Source: Hyphochytrium catenoides (Eukaryota > Protista > Hyphochytriomycota). Taken from it: a stretch of 64,000 bases of DNA. The stretch lies in contig FLMG01002456.1 in assembly GCA_900088475.1 (NCBI GenBank), positions 124,001 to 188,000 of the forward strand. Direction: 5' to 3'. A model generated the notes under the pieces. It was given only the letters and a program-made list of their open reading frames with translations, made no database searches and was not told where the DNA came from. Each line of letters opens with the position of its first letter. The stretch's first letter is position 1. A program made the translations under genes and the position numbers. Below, one piece after another: positions 52,748 through 64,000 of this stretch.

Positions 52748-53226
52748 TTACACTTTACGAGATACGGCTTCGGGGGCGGTCACAGTCAATCGAGTCGATT
52801 CTGGAGATGGAGCAGTAGGGGGCTTCGGAGCGGGAGGAACCTGTGGCGCAGGGGCTAGAGACTTCACGGTAACAGGTTTAGTGATCGATCCAGCCTGGAC
52901 GACGGCATCGAAACCGTGATACTGAGAGGTCCAATATCTCTGTCTTCTTCCCTCTCTGCCAGAATAGGATACATGAGGTTGTTGATTTCAATCTTTCACT
53001 CCATGCTTAGAGAAGCCTACCTCTCGCACATTAGCTGTCGGTTGTAGTCTGCAGCATGGGTGAGTACCCTGTAGTAGGTTGCTCTACCTCCATCCAGTGT
53101 CGAGGCGGCATTGCGGTCTATCTCCCCTTCAAGTATTCCCCTCAGATGTTGAGGGACATCAAATCTCTCGATCTCAGCTTTTTCATCACCACCACGAGCA
53201 CTCACGGGTCCAAGTGTACTTGTCAT
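52748..53226 (-). CDS. Small (~137 aa) two-exon protein with a Requiem-N/BAF45-like motif and Pro-rich tail
   Basis: ATG at 53226 and a 65-nt GT-AG intron at 53020-52956 join TYYRVLTHAADYNRQLMCER to EGRRQRYWTSQ...APAPQVPPAPKPP...RKV*. Frame is preserved. Confidence 0.6.
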
Positions 53227-54025
53227 CGGACCTCGGCGCCAGGAGAGAGGGGCTCTTAGGCCGGCTAAACGATCTCTGGTCCTTGAGACTGTTCGAGGCT
53301 CACTGAGGTGGACGCTCAGCTGACAGCACGATGAATCCTGGACTCGCTTCTGTATGATTCTCACGGCGTTCTGACAACACAAAGAGGTGGTGCCACCCAT
53401 CAGAAGCTCTAATCACTTTCACATCTCAAAGCATCCATCAAAAAAGTTCGCCAAGTACGGTACAGAGTTAAGTCTAACATTGCATATCAGAAATCCATAG
53501 CGATGGTAGGGAGCCTGGTCCCAAATGGGGTAACTTGTATTCTGTATCGCTCTCTTATGATGTCGATTTGGCGGTCTCTTTAGGGTTGAACTCTGCAACC
53601 TTTCGTTCGCAAGACACGCACTGTCATGATGCAACCCGAACAGTTATATGTCTCCTCTTCCGGGGCTGATGAGCGATGTGGCTCTGTGAGGAGAGAAGAC
53701 TCTGCCTAGTTTCCGGTCTGTGCCATGAAAGTGTGAGCTTGAGCACGTGCAACCTTGTGTTCACGCTTGGCTCCGGCTTCCACTGCAAGTTAGTTCAAGG
53801 GCTAGCTCTTTAGCCGCTAATAGCTTGTCAGGGTTAGCTGCCAGGGCAGATGGTAGGGACATCCAGAAGTCTCTACCATGCGCCAGATAAAGGTTACTTG
53901 TTTGGGCCGTGAGAGGCTAACTCATCTCTCGCAGACGTGGCGGAACTTACGCCACTGTGGCTGTTATTATCTACCATGGCGCTCTTTAGAATTTGGGCGG
54001 TAACGTAGACCTAAACTTTGCTGTG

Positions 54026-57000
54026 ATGGAGGAGAGCCGCGGCGCTACAGTGCCGATAGCTCTATTGGCCAGGCTAGGACATTGTTCTACTAGCTGTGTT
54101 CTGGAGGTAACTCGAAGAAGTTGGCAATGGCAAGCTGATGATCTAAGTAACGCTACCCTGTCATACGCTGCCTAGGAGTTGGCGAGGAGTGGTTGGACTG
54201 CTGGCGATATAGCGTCTCTCATTTGTGATAGGAATGCAGCATTCTATCATAGGGGACTCGCTGTCTGGGCAATGGCGACATGCTTGAATTCAGACAAGGT
54301 AATGTATAGTAAAGTGCGAAAACTCTTATTTGAAACAAACGCTAAGTCTCACTTGTTCGTCTTCGCTGTAAAGGGAAGCCTTTGGGAGTCACAAATGACA
54401 GAGTCGATCATCGCAGCTGTAATAGATATCATGAGTTATAGTCAGGTCTGCGATATTGGGGATGCGGACATCAAGCGGATATACTGCAATTGCTGCTATT
54501 TGCTTGCGCTTCTCATGGACCTGCACGAAGGCTCCCGCTCTGAGAAGATATTGCTTAGTCGGGTCAAGCGCGGCTCTACCCAGGCTATGGAGATGACAGA
54601 AAAGCCAGCTGGAAAGGACTCAAGGGTAATGGCAGTGCTGATGGGAGTGGTCCCGCCGAAGTCTCAGGCAAGCAACGTTTTCTTCTTACGCTTGTAGAAT
54701 ATCTGACCTTGCTCTGGCAGATAAGGCAGATTAAGCCTCCTGTAAGGTTTAGAACAGCCGAAGGACACAGGCTCTCTCATGCAAAGATTGACGATTCTAC
54801 GCTTCTGACGGTCCGAGTAGGAGAGCAGCCGCAAAATAATCAACACTCGGATCATTTGGATCTTATGGAGGGTCACAGTAACATCGCCGTCTTACCGGCT
54901 CGGACGCTTCCACCCATCAAGACTGCCCAGTCTCTAGGACCCACGGAAAAACACACAATTCCGTCACGGTAAGTGGCCTGTTATTTCTCCGTCTATCTAC
55001 CGCAAAATCTCATCGCTTGCTAGGGTGATCATCGAAAGGGATGGAGAACAAGGAGGGAACGCGTTAGGTCCATATGGAGAATCCATCCGTCTCTTTGAGC
55101 CCCCTCGCCCACCCGTGCTTGGGTACCAGGTTCCGCAACATTATCTACCTTTCCATCGGCCACACTCTGCCGATAATGCCAAACGAAGAAGGCCACGACC
55201 AACTGCTCGGCTCGAAGGTGAGTAGCTCATTTTAGCCGATCGTGATTGTCGCAACGTCTTAATGTGCCGATCTGCAAGGCATGTCGAATTATCTTCTAGA
55301 CAATGAAGGCAGTCAGGACAGACCCCATACCAGTGATAGTCAAAGACTATCTCGAAGGTTGGTTGGCCACAAGTCTATTTGCATTCAGTCTTAACCAATT
55401 CACTATTCCAGTTCAGACGCAGGGGTATCACTAATCTATCCAAGCGACTGGATGCGTTCAACTAGCAAGGGGGATTCACAGTTCCTTCTTGAGCCAGGTG
55501 ATAACCATAACCCGCAAGCGGTCCATTAGTACATAGATAGTGGCCTTTGCTGACCCGAAACTCTCGCAGATCGCTTACTGCAGGCAATCGAACATAATGC
55601 AATGCCGATCACCACTAAGGAGCAGCCAGTCAAGTATAGCTTAGGGGCAGAGCAGCTTGTTTTCAGAAGTAGGAGGTTTTCTTTGATGAAGCTTCTTCTC
55701 TCCCTCACCTACTAATGCTAGCAGGTCCAATGGTACCGGAAGTTGATGGCCCTGCCACCTCATCCGAAAGCATCAGCGCCCACACAGGATCGGAGGACGA
55801 TACTTTTGAGCCAAGAAATCCCACCGATCCCGACTCGCGACACTACCGCAGAAACCGCCTGGTGGTCATCCTGCAAGCTCCAGTGTTTCCCAATAGCTGG
55901 GAAGCGCTGCGGCGGTTGCAGCACTCTGAAAATACCATCATCATGGACTCCCTTGGGCGTAAGCTTCGTATCTTGAGGATGGAGGAGGGTAACCTGAGAT
56001 TAAGCATTCGGTAAGGTCATATACTAGGATTTGAAGGTGATAAACGCTTTTCAAAGCTTATAATTGTGCAGACAACGCATAGAGCGGAGTCGAGGATCGA
56101 TATCGATGGATAAGATGTTCGAGATGAGAGGTGGCCCTGCATTCTGTAGAGAAAGGCTTCATGACGCTTTAGCTATTTGGGTGAACCAGTTTGAGGTCAA
56201 TCAAATGCGAAGGTTTGTATAAGAGCGCCAGTAAAACGGCGTGATAATGAACTAATTAGCTACTCTGTAGAGCGCTAACACAGTGGAAGGCGCTAGTGGA
56301 CTCCAAGCGGTACATTGAACGTCGGGGAGAATATAGGCGACAGGCGTCAATAAAGTTTGTGAAGCTTGTAATCCGACGGCTGGAAGTCTCCCTTAGGCTC
56401 TCGGCTCTTGTTCGATGGGTTCACACTGTCAGGTGCGGTCACCGGTAGCGTGGCTACATCAGTCCATATTCACTGATTGTTTACGCTCCAGATGGACTAT
56501 ATGGAATGAAAGGACAGCAGCTGCCATCCGAATTCAGACAAAGATTAGGGGCTATATCGCACTTCAGAAGGTTATGTGGATACACACTCAGAAACCTATT
56601 GGAGGAGTCCTTTCAGATATTTATCTTGCCGAAGAGAGGAAGGTCACTTTTCGTATACCTGGAACAATAAGAGAGGATAAGCGCCGGGCCTGGTTTGCTG
56701 CTGTCATGGTACGTGGCAAATCTGGCTTCACCCTCTTTCAATATCGAGCTCATGCGTCGTGAAAGGTCCAAGCGCCATACAAGGGCCGAAAATGTAGGCG
56801 TCGCTACCTGTACGTCTTACGCCAGACTGTAAAGATTCAGTCTTGTGTGAGAGGCTGGATTTGTCGATGGCATTATATGGACATGAAGGTGGATACCCCT
56901 AAATCACGTCATAGAGAGCTATCGACACATTATGCTTTTCTATAGGTTGCGGTCGTCTACATTCAGGCCACTGTCCGAATGTATATAGTCAGATCAGCCT

Positions 57001-60000
57001 ATTTGCATGTCCTGGGAGCAGTGCGGAAGCTTCAAGCCAACTGTCGGGGCTTCAGAGGTCGCAGGCTGTATCGGGCCGCAATACTCGCAAGGCATATATG
57101 GCAGGAGGAACGTATGACAGCTGCCCGGGGTTAGTCGAAACCAATGCAATCAAATTTATCCAAAATTAAAGTGTTCCCGGCAGAGTTGCAACGGGTGTGG
57201 CGTGGTTATCAAGGGAGAAAGGAGGCCTGGCTCATCAAGTCCTATAATCAATTGTTATTCAGGTTCGTATTTTTTCACCGTCGATTAGTTAACGAGATCC
57301 TGAAACCCTTCTTTCGTAGTTCCGCGCTTAAACTCCAAAAGGCCTGGTACACCAAGAGAGGAGATTGGGTTACTTTTCTTCTTCTGGGTTGTCTCCGAGA
57401 GCAGGCTGAGGAGGACCGGCGATTCGAGCTAAGACTGAAATATTGGTAAGCGCTAGTGTGAATTCCTCGTCGTTGGCTCGCTCACCCATGGCTTGCGGGC
57501 TTAAGGGCAAAGAAGTCTTGCGCTAGAAAAATCCAGGCGGCCTTTCGACAGCACTGGAAATGTGTTCTGTGGAAGAGTTCTGTAACCTTGCAATGCTGGT
57601 GGAGGATGAAACTGGCTCAGGGTTTACTAGAAGTACTCAAGCTTGAGTTCAAATCTATCGTAGCCATCCAACGTTGGATAAGAACGGCCATTGCCTTACG
57701 CAAAGATTCCGCGAGAAAGGTATATTGACATATTCTTCCTTTAGCCTTATTCCCCTCACCCTCCCAATGCAGATTCAATTTGCCTGGTTACGTCATGAGG
57801 AGGGATTACTTCTCCGCCACTTGTTAACCCAGAAGCAAATACGGAAGAGTTGGGAGGCACGGCAGTCTTATAAAAATTCCCTAATGGCGGCGAAGCAAAT
57901 CCAGCGGCTGTGGAGGGGAAGAAAAGGAAGGTTAGCTAGCTCTTGCCAGCCTTAAGCGGGTGTCACTTATCTCAACCCCTGCTGACCGGGACTTACTGCT
58001 ATTGAAGAGAGACAGGGCGGAGGGAAAAGGCTGCTAGAGACATTCAGAAGATAGTGCGTGGATGGCTGGGGCGAAAGGAGTACCACCGCGAAGTGCTTGC
58101 TAAGAATCGACGATTGGCTCAAGCGTACATCCAATCAATTCTTGCTAAAGCGGTAAAGCAAGAGATCATTCGCAGGGTAGTTGAAAACAATGGAGCAACG
58201 ACCACCATTCAACGTGTGGTAAGGGGCTTTCTCACCCGCCAGCGGTTGTTGCAGAGGTGGATACGGGAGGAGCGACTGCACAGGTACTCGCATTATACAT
58301 TCAGTGTCTACTCTTGTCTAACAAGACGGGAAATAGAATGGCAAGTCGCGTGCAGAGATCTTGGCGCAGTCACGCCAGACAAAGGGCAGCCAGAATGATC
58401 ATGACCGCTAGAAAAAGGCGAAGGGACAATCCGTATCGGGATCTCCCTTCAGTACGGGCCGTGTTAGCACGCTGCTTGAGGTAAGGGTTATTGTTTGCCT
58501 AAGACTGCCAAGGGGTTAAGAGGAACTTCTGTCACCTTTTTGATGTACAGAGATGCCGAACAGTTCTACGACGCCGCTGACGAGTTGGTAGGCATGGGTA
58601 TTCCCAAGTTCCTGCATAAGCTTGGAGCGGTTGAGTACGTCAATACAATGGCTGAAAAGAATATCTGTACTGTCAACGACCTTAAAACGTATACCGAACA
58701 AGAGTTGGAAGCAATGAACATTGCTGATTTGGAACTGAGAGAAGAGATATTACTACTGGCTCAAGACCGCGTCCGAAGCCGAAGATATGAAAATCTCCTG
58801 TTGCGACTGAAAAAGTTGAAGGCACAGCACCTTCGAACGAGGCATGTGCTCATCAAGTCGGAACATCTGGTCTTCAGGGCCGCACGGCACGAGACGTTGC
58901 TGACAGCGGCTATCGAAGAAGTAAGATGGACAGTGTTGCATGACCTTGGAGTTTCCCTATGCTAATGCTCTCTTATGCGTCGTATTATAGCTTGAAAAGG
59001 AGGGGCATGACTTTACACATCTCCCGAGAGGCATGAGGAGAAGGATAACGTTACTGACACAGCGGCAAGCGACTGCTGTTCAAGAGCTACAGAAACTAAA
59101 AGGCGCGGCAGAAGAAGTTAAAGCTAAGGCGATTGTCTTAGAATCAGAAATGAACGAACTAAGCACCGCAGTAAGTGTTCCCAATTATGTAAGCGCCAGG
59201 CCGCAAGTAGTCTTAACTTGTACTCCTCCTCCCCTTTACTACGGATGCGCTAATCAACAGCTGACTGTTCTCGAGAATCAGAAGTCTAAATGTCTCGCAG
59301 CCCGAGAAAAGCTAGTGCTCGTGCATGATGGAGAATACGTTCGTGAAGTTTTTCTGAATCACTATCCAGACGCACAGGCTAGAGCCAAAGCATTTGCAGA
59401 TGCTGTTTTGGCAAGCGGCAAACCGATCACATCAAATCAGCTAGATAGGTATCCCTTACTGCTTAATAGCTGCAGTTGTGCTCAGTCTAAGCCTGGCTTC
59501 TCATGACCAGGTTCTTGCGTAAGTTCACCAAGTCTTCGGAGGCAAAAGAGCGACTCGCAGAGCTTGTGTCGTTTCAACAGGTAGCCACACAAAACTTCCT
59601 TGATTCAGTAGCATTGTGCATGAATAGCTAACCAAGGGTTCAACAGGAACAAGCTATGGAGGACTGGGACAAGCAAAGAATGGGGTCATTCTGCGACCTG
59701 CTCCAGTATGCAGCCGAACGTATTGTCAATATCATATACCTCTCCAGCCACAAGGGCAACATGGAGACTCCATTCGACACCACTGTCGCGGCGACGCAGC
59801 TGCAAAGTAACTCTTTCATATACAGTGACCTGGTGCAGCTGATGGAGGAGGCCAGGGGCATACCAATGGCCACTCGATGCGCATGGTGGCAGTCTACCAT
59901 GCAGAGACTGAAGACCATGGATGATGAGGCCCTTAGAATTCAGGTAGTAGCCGCCCCACCTCCCACGTTAGCTAGGAGATTTATCCAAAATCTCACTTGC

Positions 60001-63000
60001 ATAACTTCAGCGACTTTGGAGAGGAACGGCAGACCGTCTACGGATAGGCATTCTACGACATAAAAGAAGATTACAGGAGATAGCGGAAGAGTTCGAGGAG
60101 GAAAGAGCTCAGAAAGTGAGGGACCAGTGGGCAAAAGACCGTGGCAAGGAAATAGCCCAGCGTCTAATGGCCATCGCAATCAACAAGAGAGAGGTCGTTG
60201 TCTCCGAGCTCCTGGAAGTGCTGCCCTTCGGATGGATGCAGGAATATGATCCTGCCACACAGGTACCTTCCATTCCCTTACGTCGCTGTGAAGAACGAGT
60301 ATATTCTAACTAGGCACTTAGCTTCCCTGCTTCGTCAACAAGCAAACTGGCCAAACCCAAATGGACAGACCACAGTACACTTACGAACAATATGAGGCAG
60401 CAATCACAATACAGAAGACAACTCGTCGTTACCTGGCGGAAACAATGCAAAAAGTGATAGAACGAGAAAAGGCAAAGGTTAGAGCTCTTTCTCGAAGTCA
60501 TTCTGAAAACGTGTACTCATCGAGGACCATTACGTGTGCCTTGCAAGGCCGCCATTGATGCTGCCGGAAGAGAAAGATGGGAGAGACTCTCTCACGAAAG
60601 GAACAGGCATGTGACCCTTCGCTTGTCCTTAATCGTCAAGCGGCATGGATACAACCCAGTCAAGCTCCGTGAGGCAGAGAGATTGGAGGAACGGTTCAAC
60701 GTTACATTCAATGCCATCTCGGCCGGGGACATGGTAGAACAGAGCAAGCTGCTTGTGGAGCTGTTCGAAGTATATGCAAGGTATTACAGGGTGACCTTGC
60801 CCGTTGTACTTCCCCATGTGAAGTTGGAATACACAAGAGTAGCGATGCCGTATGGTTGGCGAGAGCAAGTTGTGGAGGGTAAGTTTAATCCTTGATCTTT
60901 GTGAGCTACCTATTGACCTCACTGGCGTACTGTGACTGTTTCAGGCGAGACCATTTATCGTAATCTCCTTACCGGGGACTTGTCAAGAGAACCTCCAGCT
61001 TACAGCTATGAGGAGGACAAGGGTGCCTTGATGCTACAGGTGAACCTTGTATTCTTCCTCCAAAGAAGCTTCTACCAACAAGGTGCATTCTATAGACTTT
61101 GTGGCGTGGATACAGTGGCAGACGGCACTATAGGCACATACTGGAGAATTTCGCACTGGTCGACTTTGTGCAAAGCTCTCTAGTAGAGTTAAGATCCACC
61201 GGGTACATTGGTTATGGCACTGAAGGTACGAGAGCTCACCGACTCTTCAATACACGGACTCTGATAATGGCGCTATGTGATCAGGAATGAACGTGGTCCT
61301 ATACCTCAGGAGGCTGGGCTTAGCGCACTTAATGCCGCTTTTCGTACCGAGTGAAAAGGAGATTAAAGATTCTTTGCTGAGAAAGCTGAAGCCCCGAGAG
61401 CCTATGACACTTGAAGAAATCTGGGGGCTTACGGACGATAAGCTCCGTGAGATGGGGGTATCAGACCCTACAGAGAGACGGTACGACGCTCAGTGGACTC
61501 AGATCACTATGCCTTTCAGCTGAACTACTATGTCTACTCAGGATTCTACTGGAAAGCCCTCGACCAACGAAAATGCGATACCCTCTGGACGATAAACAAC
61601 CAGCTTTTGACGAGAATTGCATCCTTTCTTTCTTCCAGAGCCATAAACACTTGGAGCAAGTCCTTGACACGGTAAGGATGACTCACTACCTACCAGGCGT
61701 TAACGTTATTAGTGACTGCTGACGACTTGAGCAGCTCTTGCCTAATCAGACTCAACGAGCAGCAGCCTTTGCTGAGGCAATATTAAGGTCCAAGAATCCT
61801 GTTACCATTGGTCAAATAACTGGACTCCTCCGCTTTTATGGAGGAAAGGCGAAAACAGCACAAGAACACCTTGAGGAATCACTCAGCCTTGAGACCGTTG
61901 GATCGGAATCAGAGCACCAGCGCGCCCTGAAAAAGCTTCGCCAGACTGTGAAGCGGGCTGCGGTAGTTGTAGGGAATCTCAAGATATACTCTCTGCAAAA
62001 ATATCTGGTTACAGTCCTCGAGGAAGCAGATTGCTACTTGAAGCATCACGAAGTGCAGACCCCTCTTCTCAGTGAACTTCCGCCAGATATTTGTGCTTCT
62101 TCCGGTAAGCCGTCCATTGAATTGTCCTCTCATCACTGCATCTGATGTTTTTCTGCTTGCTGTAGAAAATGACCGCCAAATAAAGTCATTCGAATCTTCG
62201 CATCTCCTGGGCTTGTGGAGCCGCTTGCCACTGAGCTCGAAGCATTCTGCTATGAAAGCAGCATGGCATCTTAGGCACTACTGTCTCCACGGGGTTCTTC
62301 GAGCTGTTCGTGCAGTCATTCTTATCCAGGCGTTAGTTCGAGCTTATTTTGGTAGACTGCACTATAAAGTACTACTTAAGACGAGGTAACAAGGGAAAGC
62401 TCATCTCATGATACTAAAGACTGACGTTCAATATTCTCAGGGAGCACGCCGCAATGCAAATGCAGCTCCTTTGGAGAGGTTACCAGGCAAGAAGTGTTCG
62501 CTGGTATTACTTGGCACAGCAACAATCTGAATGGCAAGAGCAGCGTGATGGAGAGAGCGGTCAGTATCCCATTTATCTATGTGCAAAAGGCGGAGAGCTT
62601 ACTTAGTGTTTACCTCAAAAGGACAATCGTTCTACGTAAATAAGTCCGATAATATCTCTTCATGGACCCCTCCTGTCGACGAAGACGGCGCAGAGCTACC
62701 GTACCGTCCCCTAATCTTCGACAAACGATCAGGGAGGAAAATTCTAGCTTGGCCTCAGCTTGAGGAAAAGCGCTTATTGGACGAAAAGGTATCTTACTCT
62801 TCAAGCCTTATAAATCGAAAGGAGCATCTCCCTCATATTCCTTTCACAAGCTCCAACATCTGCGCCTGAAAGGGCTATGTGACGTTTGCCAGACCGCTAG
62901 AGCTGTCCGTCGATGCCCTGAATGTCAGGCCACAAGGCCTGAACAGTATCACTTTTGCTTCGCCTGTTTCATAGTTAGACATCAAACCTACCTGAGCAAC

Positions 63001-64000
63001 AATCACCACTATGAGACTATCTCACGACAGCGACCTGAGAGTTTGCGATGTGTAGAGTGCGGCGGCTTGGCGTCTCGAAGGTGCGGCTGCAAGTACATGA
63101 ATATTTTTGTCACGTCACATTTACCGCATCTCTTCTGCCTAATGAACACTTTGCTGCCAGCTGCAAGCCTTGTGACGACTTTTACTGTGAGTCCTGCTTT
63201 GAAGCTACCCACAGAAAGGGCAAACGGGCTCAACACGAGTTCGTTCGTTTCCGGAAAGGCGGAAAGGTAAAGAAGGTCACCGGTTGGCGCTAATTGCCTC
63301 CATCTAACATTCACTTAAAGGTTTGTGTTGAATGCGAGTCACAGATCGCCACAAAGATATGCGATCAGTGCGAAGATGAGCTGTGTCAGGACTGTGCTAT
63401 AAGAATACACCGAAAGGTCTGGTTCACATCATTTGTGTTATGGTGAATAACATGACAAGATCCGTCGCACTAAACCTCAAATAAATGCATCAGGGACGTA
63501 AGGCGAATCACACCTTGTCTGATATGAAGGACTCAGTTCTTGGTGAAGACGGCTTTTGTGGGGCCTGCAAGCAGGGACAACCGATGGAGCGTTGCACAGT
63601 TTGTGCAATGCCCCTCTGCCAGGGATGTAAGCTTATCCATGCTGAGGTATGAGTCCACGTATAAGAGACAAGGGAGAGGTCTTTCTGCTCTCTCTATTGC
63701 TTTCCTTGACCTTGTTGTTACAGGGACTGTGCCCCCTAAGCGATGCTTCTAAGGACAAAAAACGACAAGACGACTTACAGCTAAAGGCTCTATGCATTGA
63801 GTGTGGCAAAAATGCTGACAGAGTTTGTGACCAGTGCCATGATGCGTATTGCAGGTCAGCGCTCCTCTAGTATAATTGGTTATCCTGTACTTAGCTTGCT
63901 ATCGGCAGTGACGTCTGGGAAGGCAACCCAGGGTGCTTCTACAAATATCATCAAAGAGGAGCAAGAAAGAATCATTCTTGGTCCGACCTCAAGGACGATA
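54026..64000 (+). CDS. Giant multi-exon protein with many IQ motifs, 2 SAM-like, 3 WW, 2 BCS1-lid-like and several B-box zinc-finger domains; runs off window end; start uncertain
   Basis: IQ motifs (IQTKIRG, LQRVWRG, IQRLWRG, IQRVVRG, IQALVRA). WW domains LPFGWMQEYD, MPYGWREQ and SEWQEQRD...YVN...SSWTPP. SAM-like GMGIPKFLHKLG and GMNVVLYLRRLGL. B-boxes CxxC...CxxC...HRKGKRAQH, HRKGRKANH and HQRGARKNH. The 5' exons (to ~55750) were joined in frame by eye; the rest is joined by motif continuity. Confidence 0.75.

Noticed and set aside
59449-59510. Intron with U12-like donor GTATCCCTT
   Set aside because: It has an AG|GT exon context and a normally placed CTAA U2-type branch, with no TCCTTRAC at the U12 distance. 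It is probably U2-type, though a converted U12 intron is possible.
62789-62850. Intron with donor GTATCTTAC and TTCCTTTCAC near the 3' end
   Set aside because: The donor deviates from RTATCCTT, and the branch-like motif is only ~3 nt from the AG. It is better read as a polypyrimidine tract.

Overview
This is eukaryotic nuclear DNA from a compact, intron-rich genome with mostly 55-80 nt GT-AG introns and CTAAC-like branch sites. The organism is probably a flagellated stramenopile: it has axonemal dynein, CFAP65 and rotatin, and its Rab1 is very close to oomycete Ypt1 as I recall it. The ORF track is fragmented by introns, so I spliced the gene models by eye. Seventeen protein genes are supported: CFAP65 (partial), rotatin, type II NADH dehydrogenase, EMG1/NEP1, an LDAH-like hydrolase, a bacterial-type PhyH dioxygenase, MPP-beta, cytochrome b5 reductase, an LRR protein, ATG10, Rab1, type II glutaminyl cyclase, CCDC151/ODAD3, DNAH10, a small Requiem-N-like protein missed by the ORF track, and a giant IQ/SAM/WW/B-box protein (partial). 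No rRNA, tRNA or CRISPR array was found. Most notable: (1) a U12-type (minor spliceosome) intron in the LRR gene; (2) a rotatin intron apparently made from a frame-shifting tandem duplication of coding sequence; (3) duplicated stand-alone BCS1-type AAA-lid modules in the IQ/SAM/WW/B-box protein; (4) an interleaved direct-plus-inverted repeat locus of decayed retroelement-like sequence able to form a ~315 bp hairpin; (5) a 12.4 kb intron-free dynein exon; (6) convergent CDS overlap of the LRR gene and ATG10; (7) six head-to-head gene pairs with uniform spacing. All homology calls rest on recalled motifs, not database searches.
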